Source: Microcoleus sp. (lineage in GTDB: Bacteria; Cyanobacteriota; Cyanobacteriia; Cyanobacteriales; Microcoleaceae). Taken from it: a stretch of DNA of 64,000 bases. A program made the translations under genes and the position numbers. The notes beneath the pieces were generated by a model. That model made no database searches, was not told where the DNA came from, and saw nothing but the letters and a program-made list of their open reading frames with translations. The stretch lies in assembly GCA_052279835.1 (NCBI GenBank), contig CP181291.1, positions 32,001-96,000 of the forward strand. The letters run 5' to 3'. Every line of letters begins with the position of its first letter. Positions within the stretch are counted from its first letter, which is position 1. Shown one piece after another: positions 18,104 to 27,924 of the stretch.

Positions 18104-18742
18104 TTATAACTTCAGTCGTTGTCGAAATTCCTTAACTGCTACGAGCGAATTCGGATATCGGACATATTCCGCCAGCAATTCTATATCTAAATCAGGGAGG
18201 ATTTCGCTGCGATCGATTTGCTCATAACCGCAGGTTTGGACAAATTGAACTGGAATCTCTTCTCGTAGATAGTAGAGGCTAAAACGTTCATTTTGCCAAA
18301 ACCAAACTTCTTTAACATTTAACCTTCTGTAAACTTCCAATTTATTCAGTCCACCACTGGTAACAACAACCTCAATTGCCAAATCGGGAAATTCTTTGTC
18401 TGTACCAATGCAGTAAGCTTCATCGGGTTCTGTCCCGCCACTTTTTTCCTCTTGCCGCAAGGTGGTAGAACCAAAGGGAAAATAGTCGATATCCGCTTCT
18501 AAAAAGTAAATTTCTAAAAGGTCTCCAATCCGCGTTTTTCTGATTTCATGGCGACGGGAAGGCGAGATGATTTCTAAGACTCCATCCAAATAGGTGACTC
18601 GATATGCCAAACTATCCCCATTTCTGGTGAGTAAGGTTTCGTATTGTTCCCAGTTAACGCGATCGGTAATATAGCGGCATTCGGAATCTTGGCGTTGGAG
18701 TGCTTGTTGGTCAAGTAGAGCATTCAGATCGCTTGTCAACAT
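18104..18742 (-). CDS. Uma2 (DUF820) family endonuclease
   Basis: RVTYLDGVLEI.SPS..HE..EPDEAY..PDLAIEVV..KLEVY..VKEVWFW; likely ATG at 18742. Confidence 0.92.
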   Translation of the reverse strand: MLTSDLNALLDQQALQRQDSECRYITDRVNWEQYETLLTRNGDSLAYRVTYLDGVLEIISPSRRHEIRKTRIGDLLEIYFLEADIDYFPFGSTTLRQEEKSGGTEPDEAYCIGTDKEFPDLAIEVVVTSGGLNKLEVYRRLNVKEVWFWQNERFSLYYLREEIPVQFVQTCGYEQIDRSEILPDLDIELLAEYVRYPNSLVAVKEFRQRLKL

Positions 18743-18790
18743 AGTATTATCTCCTTTAGGTTGTCTTGATTGTAATTTAGTCAGGACTTG

Positions 18791-18956
18791 TACCAATTTT
18801 TTATGAGGCTGCATAGAATCCGATCCCCCCTAACCCCCCTGGTGGGAGGGGGGGACAAGATTCCGATCAAAGTCCCCCTTCCCCCCTTGGGGGGGGCTAG
18901 GGGGGGGTGGGGATTTAGGGGGATCGAGATATATGCAACTTCACATTAAATTGGTA
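18791..18956. mobile_element. MITE-like element with a G/C-run palindromic core
   Basis: Ends TACCAATTT..TGAGGCTGCAT and ATGCAACTTCA..AAATTGGTA enclose GATCCCCCCTAACCCCCC...GGGGATTTAGGGGGATC. Confidence 0.6.
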
Positions 18957-19155
18957 TTAGGGATGGGCTACGAAAAACCCGGTTTCTACGTGAATATTCG
19001 TCGCCGAGATGCAGGATTTGTCTTAGAAATCGGGTTTTTTAACCTTAGTTCTATTGGTGAATGCGATCGCACTTTCTGAAAATCTTGTTAAAAAAATTCG
19101 TCTTAAAAAGAAGGATTACCTATTGACAGGGCTGGGATTCTCATGGTATATTTTA

Positions 19156-19207
19156 GATAATGGGAGTGGTGACTAAAATAATTATTTTAGTCACCACTCC
19201 CATTATC
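19156..19207. repeat. Perfect 52-bp palindrome flanked by convergent sigma70-like promoters
   Basis: GATAATGGGAGTGGTGACTAAAATAA|TTATTTTAGTCACCACTCCCATTATC. Confidence 0.9.
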
Positions 19208-19290
19208 AGATTGTACTTGATTTGCTGGGGAAAGTCAAGCTTTTTACCCTGAAAAAAAAGGCGATTTTTTTTAAATGCAATCAAAAGAAA

Positions 19291-20319
19291 TTAATTCGCC
19301 CCCATTACTAATTCTCCCTTCCCTTCAATGACTTCGCCAATTTCAAAGGCCGCAATGCCCTGAGATTCAAACCATTTAACAGTCTGTTCTACTTCCCTGC
19401 GATCGAGCAACAAGACAAATCCAATCCCCATATTAAAAGTATTGAACATATCTGCGGTGGCAACTTGACCAGCTTCAGCAATCCAGTCAAAAATGGGCAA
19501 ACTTGGCCAGCTATTCGTCTGAATTTTCACAGATTGATTGGCTGCCAAACAGCGAGGCAAATTCTCCGGCAAACCGCCGCCTGTAATGTGGGCCATGCCG
19601 TGAATATCCAAACCACTCTTAAGGGCTTCGAGAACTGGCTTTACATAAATGGTAGTTGGAGTTAAGAGGACTTCTCCTAAACTTTTGCCACCTAATTTTT
19701 CTGGCTGGGAATGCCAGTCAAAACCCAAATCGCCTGCAATTTTTCTGACCAAACTAAAACCGTTGCTGTGGACACCCGAACTAGCCAGCCCGATCGCCAC
19801 ATCTCCGACTGTAACCCGCGAACCGTCTAACAATTTGCTCTTTTCGACAATTCCGACGCAAAAGCCAGCCAAATCGTACTCTCCCGCTTGGTAAAAACCG
19901 GGCATTTCGGCTGTCTCCCCGCCCAACAGAGCACAGCCAGCTTGGTTGCAACCATCAACAATGCCAGCAACCACAGCAGCTAATTGTTCGGGGTTTAACT
20001 TTCCCGTAGCCAAATAATCAAGAAAAAATAGCGGTTCCGCCCCGGAGGTGAGTACGTCGTTGACGCACATGGCTACCAAGTCGATACCTACGGTGTCGTG
20101 GCGATCGAGATTGTGCGCCAATTTCAACTTAGTCCCGACGCCATCAGTGCCGGAAACCATAATCGGCTCTTTTAAACCTTCTGGGACGCTGAAAAACCCG
20201 CTAAACCCGCCGAATCCGCCTAAAACGCCAGATCGATGGGTGCTTTTGACCATACTGCCGATGCGATCGACAAAAGCTCTGCCCGCCTCAACATCCACAC
20301 CTGCTTCCCGATAGTCCAT
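19291..20319 (-). CDS. purM: Phosphoribosylformylglycinamidine cyclo-ligase
   Basis: [33 protein letters not shown]. Confidence 0.98.
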   Translation of the reverse strand: MDYREAGVDVEAGRAFVDRIGSMVKSTHRSGVLGGFGGFSGFFSVPEGLKEPIMVSGTDGVGTKLKLAHNLDRHDTVGIDLVAMCVNDVLTSGAEPLFFLDYLATGKLNPEQLAAVVAGIVDGCNQAGCALLGGETAEMPGFYQAGEYDLAGFCVGIVEKSKLLDGSRVTVGDVAIGLASSGVHSNGFSLVRKIAGDLGFDWHSQPEKLGGKSLGEVLLTPTTIYVKPVLEALKSGLDIHGMAHITGGGLPENLPRCLAANQSVKIQTNSWPSLPIFDWIAEAGQVATADMFNTFNMGIGFVLLLDRREVEQTVKWFESQGIAAFEIGEVIEGKGELVMGAN

Positions 20320-20804
20320 AAGTCCGCCTTAGTCGATTTCTAGTCTTTAGTTTATTGCCAAGTCTAGCGATTTGAGGTTTGAGATGGGAGATTTGAGATT
20401 TTAGTGCCCAGAAAATATTTATCAGTTTTTGTAAAGTTTTGTAAATTTTTGTAAATTTTTCAGGAATTGCGAAAAACTCTGCAAGCACTGTCATTAAAGC
20501 ATTTTCTCAGACAGAGAACTGTGAAGATCCGAGGAATTTTTGGCAAAATGCGTGGGATCAGCGATCCCCAAGCTCAAAAGTTTGTGGTAGTCTGTTGCAG
20601 TTCGTTAACAAAACACAAATTGCAAATTGAGTATGAGTTGTCAAGTGTCAGGGAAGTTGCAGCCAAAAAATTATTTGGCCTAAACACAAAAGCAAAAATG
20701 CAGCCCGACATTTTGATTTGACTCGCGGGGGAACAGCGAAGGACACTCTTAGAAATTCCTAAGAACCGTCGCCCATCAGGCCAATCCCCTCACCTCCGTT
20801 AGCA

Positions 20805-21905
20805 ATGGCTCTTCACAAAAATGGACGTATGAAGGAAAAATTTGTTGGTAGTCTACTAGCTGTCCTCTTAGTTCCTGCGGTAGGAACGGCATCATCTTGT
20901 CACGCACAAGCAACTGATACTTCCAGGCAAAACTTTCAGGAAAACAAGCAAGTAGTTTTGACCCAACCGTCCCCGCAGTTAAACACGACTCGGGTCGAAG
21001 CAGAAAAAGTTGGACAATATCAGTACCAAGCAAGGGCTGACATTGAACAAAACTCGATCGCCAAAATTCAGTCCCACGAATTGGAAGGGCGACAAGCAGC
21101 GACAGTATACGTGCGGAACATTCCAGTCATCACATTTCTGAACACGAGTCCAGAAGCGAATACCAAAAACACAGAGACTGGCAAAAGTTATGTAAATGCC
21201 ACCAGTCAGTTGAAAGTAGTCGGCCAGAGAGAAAATCGGTCTGACACCAAAAAATCCAGCAATTCCAGCGACCAAGAAACCGACCCACTGTGGCGGGCGT
21301 CAAGCTTAGCAGCAAGACTCAATCAGTTGGCCCGCAACAACGTGGACCCAAACAGCATTACCGTCAAGTGGGAAAAAGGCAATCGCTACCTGATCCAGGC
21401 AAACGGCGAGGACTTGGTAAACATTAACGCCGAAACCATCCTCCCGGATACCACCAGCGACTTCAGCCTAGATGCCTTACAAGCAACCAATCGCCTCCGC
21501 AGGCTCCTGGGTAACGCCCCACCGCTCCAAGAAGTCATCGGCAAGCCCCAACCTGAAAGCCCCGTGCTTTCCCTAGGCCCAGTTCAAGTTCGGATCAATG
21601 GCTGGGCATCCTGGTACGGCCCAGGCTTTGACGGCAACCTCAGCGCCAGTGGCGAGCGATTCAACCAAAATGATTTGACCGCAGCCCACCGGAACTTGCC
21701 CTTCGGAACTCTACTAATGGTAAGAAATCTCGACAACGGCCGTACCGTCGTCGTCCGCATCAATGACCGAGGCCCCTATGTGGGCGATCGAGTGATTGAC
21801 TTGTCCGCAGGCGCAGCCAGCGTGCTCGGCATGATGGGCAGTGGCGTAGCTCCGGTGGAAATTGAAGTCATAGCACCAAAGCCACGAGCAACTGTTGGAC
21901 GTTAA
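20805..21905 (+). CDS. rlpA: Septal ring lytic transglycosylase RlpA family
   Basis: ASWYGPGF..TAAHRNLPFGT..RINDRGPY..IDLS. Confidence 0.92.
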   Translation: MALHKNGRMKEKFVGSLLAVLLVPAVGTASSCHAQATDTSRQNFQENKQVVLTQPSPQLNTTRVEAEKVGQYQYQARADIEQNSIAKIQSHELEGRQAATVYVRNIPVITFLNTSPEANTKNTETGKSYVNATSQLKVVGQRENRSDTKKSSNSSDQETDPLWRASSLAARLNQLARNNVDPNSITVKWEKGNRYLIQANGEDLVNINAETILPDTTSDFSLDALQATNRLRRLLGNAPPLQEVIGKPQPESPVLSLGPVQVRINGWASWYGPGFDGNLSASGERFNQNDLTAAHRNLPFGTLLMVRNLDNGRTVVVRINDRGPYVGDRVIDLSAGAASVLGMMGSGVAPVEIEVIAPKPRATVGR

Positions 21906-21953
21906 ACCCTACTGTAAGGCACAATACAGACGAATGCCTTCAGGAGTGTATCC

Positions 21954-23543
21954 GTGCGCCTGTTTACTACCATTGCAGCCCTAGGCTGCTACTTAAATTC
22001 ACAAAAATCTGTAGCATCCCATGTACAAATCGGTTTAGTGCCGACGATGGGAGCTTTACACAGCGGCCATTTGAGCTTGATCCAGCGGGCCAGACAAGAA
22101 AATGCGATCGTCGTGGTCAGCATCTTTGTCAACCCGCTGCAATTTGGGCCCAAGGAGGATTTTCAAGACTATCCTCGCAATTTGGAACAAGACCGGCTGC
22201 TATGCCAAGAAGCTGGAGTTGATGTAATTTTTGCTCCCTCAGAAGTGGAAATGTTCGGGGATTCGGGCATCGAGACAGGCAACTCAGGAGCCCAGACTCC
22301 TGCGGTGACAGTGATTGACCTTTCATCCTTGACTCAAGTTGTCCCACCACCGGCGATGACATCGGTTTTGTGTGGCAAGTCCAGGCCTGGTCATTTTCAG
22401 GGCGTAGCAGCCATCGTCACTAAACTTTTGAGTTTGGTGCAGCCGACAAGAGCTTATTTTGGTCAAAAAGACGCCCAGCAAGTAGCAATTATCCGAAAAC
22501 TGGTCGCCGATTTTAACTTGCCTGTAGAGATTATTGCTTGTCCGATCGTCCGTGAAGCTTCGGGACTAGCCCTGAGCTCTCGCAATCAATATTTAACACC
22601 AGAGCAAAAACAGCAAGCTGGCATACTCTACCGCGCTCTACAGCAAGGGTGGAAAACCTTCTGTGGGGGCGATCGCACTGCGGAGGCGACACTGGCGGCG
22701 GTAAAAGCAGAATTTGCCCTTGAGCCATCAGTCTCCCTAGAGTATGCTGAACTGGTCAATCCCCACACTCTCGCACCATTGGCAGTTGTGGAAACGGCGG
22801 GACTTTTAGCCGTGGCCGCCAGCATCGGCTCTACTCGGTTGATTGACAATATAATTATCAGGAATCGTCGGCCAATTGTGGCGATCGACGGACCAGCCGG
22901 CGCTGGCAAATCTACAGTTACCAGACAAGTCGCCCAAGCTCTGGGTCTGTGTTATCTAGATACAGGGGCGATGTATCGAGCTGTGACGTGGCTGGTGATG
23001 ACTACCAACACTCCCATTGGCGATGAATTGGCGATCGCCGAATTAGTCAATTCCAGTTATTTGGAATACAACCTTGACCCTTCATCTTTGACATTGAAGA
23101 TTAACGGCGAAGACGTCACCGAGGCAATTCGTAGTTTGGAGGTGACAGCCCGCGTCTCGGAAATTGCGGCTTTGCCTGCCGTGCGACAATTTTTGGTGAA
23201 ACAGCAGCGGCTTTGCGGCAAAGCAGGCGGAATTGTGGCAGAAGGTCGTGATATAGGTACTAATGTGTTTCCCGATGCGGAACTGAAGATTTTTTTAACC
23301 GCTTCGGTACAAGAGCGATCGCGCCGACGGCTATTACAACTCAATGATACCGATCGGGCTAAAACCAGTTTGGAACAGTTGGAACGGGACATCGCCCTGC
23401 GAGACGAAAAGGATAGTACCCGCGAGGTGTCCCCTTTGCGTAAAGCGGCTGATGCTGTGGAAATTCAAACAGACGGTTTGAGTATTGCCGAAGCGATCGA
23501 TCGGATTGTCGGGTTATACAAAGAGAGGATAGGGAATAATTAA
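21954..23543 (+). CDS. panC-cmk: Bifunctional pantoate-beta-alanine ligase / cytidylate kinase
   Basis: VPTMGALHSGH, RPGHF, FGQKD; then IDGPAGAGKST and LDTGAMYR. Confidence 0.97.
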   Translation: MRLFTTIAALGCYLNSQKSVASHVQIGLVPTMGALHSGHLSLIQRARQENAIVVVSIFVNPLQFGPKEDFQDYPRNLEQDRLLCQEAGVDVIFAPSEVEMFGDSGIETGNSGAQTPAVTVIDLSSLTQVVPPPAMTSVLCGKSRPGHFQGVAAIVTKLLSLVQPTRAYFGQKDAQQVAIIRKLVADFNLPVEIIACPIVREASGLALSSRNQYLTPEQKQQAGILYRALQQGWKTFCGGDRTAEATLAAVKAEFALEPSVSLEYAELVNPHTLAPLAVVETAGLLAVAASIGSTRLIDNIIIRNRRPIVAIDGPAGAGKSTVTRQVAQALGLCYLDTGAMYRAVTWLVMTTNTPIGDELAIAELVNSSYLEYNLDPSSLTLKINGEDVTEAIRSLEVTARVSEIAALPAVRQFLVKQQRLCGKAGGIVAEGRDIGTNVFPDAELKIFLTASVQERSRRRLLQLNDTDRAKTSLEQLERDIALRDEKDSTREVSPLRKAADAVEIQTDGLSIAEAIDRIVGLYKERIGNN

Positions 23544-23756
23544 TAGTCTTTGGGAATTGGGAATTGGGAATTGAGAATTGGGATTAGAGAATTGTCAACA
23601 TACCTCACCGTCCTTGGATGGTCATTGGTTCCTGGACGCTTTAATAACCCAATTTCTCCGCCAGAACTCCTCCCAATTCCCGATTCCTAATTCTCCATTC
23701 CCCATTCCCACTTAAAATCTAAAATTAACTCTGTAAGGTGTCAAGGAGATAAAAAC

Positions 23757-24692
23757 GTGGAAAACTTCAAACGGCTGTTTAGGCGGCGAAAAACTTTGAT
23801 CGTTGCTTTTATAGCCGCCTTGGGTAGTTTTGTAATGGGCGTGACGTTGCCGATGAACTCGCGAGGAAATCAGCCAGCGTCGCTATCGCAGGCGCAACTG
23901 GTGACAGCATCCCAGTCACAAGTACAACAGTCGAAATCTATTGTTAATAATTTGAAACAGTCGATCGCCGAGAGAGTAGAGTTTTCCGAAAACACTCTAG
24001 ATCGGTTGCAGAAAGTCCGTTTTAACTCTTCCCTACCGTCCAAGTTTAAGGGTACAACCCTGCGTCAAGCAAAACTAGACTCCCGGCAAAAGGCGATCGC
24101 CCTGACATTTGACGACGGTCCCTGGCCGACAACAACTGTACAAATCCTCGATATTCTCAAACAAAACAATATTAAAGGGACTTTCTTCTGGGTAGGAAGA
24201 TACCTACAAGTTTATCCAGAACTAGGGAAAAAAGTTGCTCAGGCTGGTCATGCGATCGGCAACCACACTTGGAACCACCAATACATTAAGTATAACGAAG
24301 AGGGTGCCGCGCGCGAGATCGATCGCACGACCTCGTTAATTGAGGAATTAACAGGCATCAGAACATATATGTTCCGCCCACCGGGAGGTATTTTAAACAA
24401 TGGATTAGCAGCTTATGCTCAAAAGAAAAATTATACAGTTGTGATGTGGTCTGCTGATTCTTTAGATTGGCGCACTGCTACGCAATCCTTGATGGAAAAT
24501 GTGATGCGGCAGGCAAATTCCGGCGGTATTGTCCTGATGCACGACGGCGGTGGTAATCGATCCAAGACTGTGGAAGCTTTGCCCAATATTATTGCTAAAT
24601 TAAAAAAAGAAGGGTACACATTTGTAACAGTTCCAGAATTGTTGGAGATGGAAGCAAAAAACTTGAAACAGCAGGAAACAGCACAGAAATAA
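23757..24692 (+). CDS. Polysaccharide deacetylase (NodB/CE4)
   Basis: ALTFDDGP, GNHTWNH, FRPPGG, LMHDGGG. Confidence 0.93.
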   Translation: MENFKRLFRRRKTLIVAFIAALGSFVMGVTLPMNSRGNQPASLSQAQLVTASQSQVQQSKSIVNNLKQSIAERVEFSENTLDRLQKVRFNSSLPSKFKGTTLRQAKLDSRQKAIALTFDDGPWPTTTVQILDILKQNNIKGTFFWVGRYLQVYPELGKKVAQAGHAIGNHTWNHQYIKYNEEGAAREIDRTTSLIEELTGIRTYMFRPPGGILNNGLAAYAQKKNYTVVMWSADSLDWRTATQSLMENVMRQANSGGIVLMHDGGGNRSKTVEALPNIIAKLKKEGYTFVTVPELLEMEAKNLKQQETAQK

Positions 24693-24734
24693 CCAAAGGG
24701 GAAAAAAGTCTTCTTACAATATTCTTAGAAAAGC

Positions 24735-25006
24735 AATCCCAAATGCCTTGTGCGATGGGATAGAGAGCTGCGTAGTTCAGCCAAGGCGGGTTAATCCGCT
24801 CAAAGTAAAAGCGAAAGGGGGAGGGACTTGAAGCCTCCCATGTCTATAAATGACTATACTTTTGCCAGCTATACGAAATTTCACCTTCAGGCTATTTGAG
24901 TGGCTAGAGGGATAGTTGAATGCGATGCAGGCTCAGCTTCGCCTAAGTGTCCCGTGGTCAGCTTGGTGAGCCATAATCCCCCGCCCAAGGAGGTGGGGAG
25001 ATTCAA
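24735..25006 (+). mobile_element. Non-autonomous IS200/IS605-like remnant 1
   Basis: Subterminal hairpin AATCCCCCGCCCAAGGAGGTGGGGAG followed by TTCAA; a left-end-like hairpin near 24735; no transposase. Confidence 0.5.
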
Positions 25007-25293
25007 AAAGGAAAGCTTTTTAGATTTGCTCACAGGTAGTCGTGGTAGAATTCACTATGGTACTGCAAGATCTGTGTTTCGGACTGGAGCAGGTCGAGCG
25101 GCATCAAGCTCAATTGCAAGCTGTATTTCTACTTTTGAAACCCTTGCTCCTCAAGTTAAGCTTCGATCGGGGAGATTGCCCTGAATGAAGCCTGTGCGAT
25201 CTGCTATGGGGGCGAAGCAGCGAAAACTCGTCCAACAGTCCAAATGTCTGCCGACATTCCAACTCTCGATCGCAGTTTGTGAATTGTTCCCAC

Positions 25294-25438
25294 AGTACCT
25301 TGGGGCACAAGGAAACTGGCTTAGTTACTAAGCATCACGCTTGGGGAGATTTGCCCACTACTTCTAGTGTCGATCGATGTTAGAAGCAAGGTAAGTCACT
25401 GAACCAAGAATCTCATCTTTAAGGGATGAGAATGTCAA
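25294..25438 (+). mobile_element. IS605 tnpB 3' end / omegaRNA-like right-end remnant 2
   Basis: Encodes STLGHKET..AWGD like cyanobacterial TnpB C-termini; ends GAACCAAGAATCTCATC..GATGAGAATGTCAA. Confidence 0.7.
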
Positions 25439-25479
25439 TTAATGTTACTCTCAAATATCCTCAAAAATTTGAATAACAA

Positions 25480-25965
25480 ATGAGCGTAGTTAGCCAATTA
25501 ATTCTCCAAGCCGACGACGAACTTCGTTATCCGAGTACCGGCGAACTTCAAAGTATCAATGATTTTTTTAAAACGGGGGAACAGCGGGTACGCATTGCTA
25601 CTGCGCTTTCTGACAGTGAAAGAAAAATTGTTGATGAAGCTAGCAAAAAACTCTGGAAAAAACGCCCGGATTTTATTTCCCCTGGAGGTAATGCTTACGG
25701 TCAACGGGAACGGGCTTTGTGTCTGCGTGACTACGGCTGGTATTTGCGCCTGATTACCTATGGTATTTTGGCGGGAGACAAGGAACCCATCGAAAGCATC
25801 GGTTTGATTGGGGTTCGGGAAATGTACAATTCTCTGGGCGTTCCAGTTCCAGGGATGGTGGAAGCAATCCGCTGTTTGAAGGAAGCTTCTTTGGCTTTGC
25901 TCAATCAGGAGGATGCGAAGGAAGCTGCTCCTTATTTTGATTATATCGCTCAGGCAATGTCTTAA
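25480..25965 (+). CDS. apcD: Allophycocyanin-B alpha subunit
   Basis: [29 protein letters not shown]. Confidence 0.97.
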   Translation: MSVVSQLILQADDELRYPSTGELQSINDFFKTGEQRVRIATALSDSERKIVDEASKKLWKKRPDFISPGGNAYGQRERALCLRDYGWYLRLITYGILAGDKEPIESIGLIGVREMYNSLGVPVPGMVEAIRCLKEASLALLNQEDAKEAAPYFDYIAQAMS

Positions 25966-26204
25966 TTGCTTTTGTGGCAGAGGTGGCGGAGCATTTACGC
26001 GTGATTTTGGGGTAAATTTGTCTCGCAATTGCTCGTAAATGTTTCGCTTCTATTTTGTTGGCAAAGCGTGCTGAATTTCTATATTGTTAGCTGTTTTGAA
26101 ATGGAAATCTTTACGAGTATCAGCTACTTTTTTATGCTGTTTGCCTAATTTGACAAGGGCTTTTTTACGCCTATTACTTCTTTTTCCCAAACTTCAACTT
26201 CAAA

Positions 26205-26237
26205 AGAGTTCCGGTTTCTTCAAGAAGCCGGAACTCT
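26205..26237. terminator. Hairpin repeat between convergent genes
   Basis: AGAGTTCCGGTTTCTT-C-AAGAAGCCGGAACTCT; relatives at about 43888 and 49640. Confidence 0.5.
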
Positions 26238-26242
26238 GAACT

Positions 26243-26885
26243 TTAACTTTTTTTGCGAGCAACAATGTGAAAAATATGCCAGTATTTTTCCTCACCGATC
26301 GCCGTTACTCCCGGATGTTCTTCCTCATCCAACCACTCAACCTCAAAGGGTTTCAGGAGTGCTTCAACTTCTTGCCGAGTGTGATGAGTGCGATCGGGAT
26401 AAACAGTCCAAGAGTCGCGCTCGCCAAACAATTGAGCGCAGAAAAACCCTCCAGGATTGAGCGATTTCACGATCGTTTGCCAAAGATGGGGGAAAGCTGC
26501 GGGCGGACAAAAAGGCAGGCAAAAGCTGGCATTGATTAGATCGATCGCCGGGGGTAAAGTCAAGGTTTCAAAACGCATCAATTGAGTTTCCAGCAAATCG
26601 CGGTCGATCGGACGATCGAGCAGATGATCGAATGCTTTTTGTTCTCCATCAATCGCTAAAACCCGCCAGCCCCGACGCAGTAGTTCCACCGTATCCCGTC
26701 CATCACCGCAGCCTAAATCTACAGCAAACCCTGTAGGGGCGATGCCAAGAGTGCCCGCCCTTTTGGCCTTTCTCAAAAATTTCTAGTCCTTTCAGCAAAG
26801 TTTCGCGCGGCGGGCGACCTATTACCGCTTGATAGTAAGTCGCCCAATTGGGTCCAGAGTCGTGAGAATTAGTGGTTTGAGTCAT
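26243..26885 (-). pseudogene. Class I SAM-dependent methyltransferase, frameshifted at a REP-like insert
   Basis: The N-terminus (W..YY..GRPPRETL) and the AVDLGCGDGRD core are in different frames; the junction contains GTAGGGGCGATGCCAAGAGTGCCCGCCC. Confidence 0.8.
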
Positions 26886-27119
26886 GCTTAGGCGATCGCT
26901 AATTCTGCGTGAGTTTGACAATTTTTAGGACAAACTCTAGCACAAGCTTCACAGCCAACGCAATTATCTGCATTGACGATGAAGAGAGGATTTTATATGA
27001 CCACCCCGTCAGGGGATTAATTATGACTGCGTTCAATCCGACATTCCGCGATCGCCAGAATCAGTTAAGGTGGCATATGTAGGATGTGCTTTCATTAGTA
27101 TCTTTATTCATCGATTATT

Positions 27120-27914
27120 ATGAAAAAACGTCTAATTACTTTTTTCAGCAGTCTGCTTGTCACCCTCATACTGTCTGCTGGTTTAAATATAGTTTCGTCC
27201 CTACCAGCAGAGGCTCAATCGACAACACTTTTAATTGGGGCTGCCGCGAGTTTGCAGAATGCGCTAGAGGAACTCGATCCCATTTTTGAGAAAGCCAATT
27301 CTGGTGTCGCTGTCAACTACAATTTTGCAGCATCAGGCCCTTTGCAACAGCAAATTGCACAGGGTGCACCCGTCGATTTCTTTATTTCTGCTGCAACTTT
27401 GCAGATGGACAAACTGCAAAACGAAAATCTGATCCTGAACGATACCCGCCACAATCTCTTGACCAATAATCTGGTTTTGATCGTGCCTAATAACTCCGCT
27501 TTGGGATTAACTAACTTTCGCCAGTTAACCAATTCTAATGTTAGGAAAATTTCCATCGGTGAGCCGCGCAGTGTTCCTGCTGGACGGTATGCCGCAGAAT
27601 TATTCAGTAAATTGGGAATAACCGAGCAAGTGCGCTCAAAGTTGGTTTACGGCAACTCAGTTCGCAGCGTCTTGGGTGCGGTGGAAAGCGGTAATGCTGA
27701 TGCAGGAGTTGTTTATGTGACAGATGCAAAAATTTCAAATCAAGTTAAGCAAGTCGCAACGGCACCGAGTAACTTACACTCACCGATTGTTTATCCCATC
27801 GCAGTCATTAAGGCAAGTCGAAATCAGCAATCTGCCCGCGCTTACGTTCAATTTTTAAGAACAAGACAAACTCAAGACATCTTCAAGAAATACGGATTTG
27901 GAATAGCTGAATGA
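27120..27914 (+). CDS. modA: Molybdate ABC transporter substrate-binding protein
   Basis: AAASL, NFAASG.L..QI.QGAP.D.F.SA, VPAGRYA, GVVYVTDA. Confidence 0.95.
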   Translation: MKKRLITFFSSLLVTLILSAGLNIVSSLPAEAQSTTLLIGAAASLQNALEELDPIFEKANSGVAVNYNFAASGPLQQQIAQGAPVDFFISAATLQMDKLQNENLILNDTRHNLLTNNLVLIVPNNSALGLTNFRQLTNSNVRKISIGEPRSVPAGRYAAELFSKLGITEQVRSKLVYGNSVRSVLGAVESGNADAGVVYVTDAKISNQVKQVATAPSNLHSPIVYPIAVIKASRNQQSARAYVQFLRTRQTQDIFKKYGFGIAE

Positions 27915-27924
27915 GGCTGCTGCT

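Noticed and set aside
24900..25310. ORFs within the IS remnant region
   Set aside because: No recognisable domain; they overlap the element ends.
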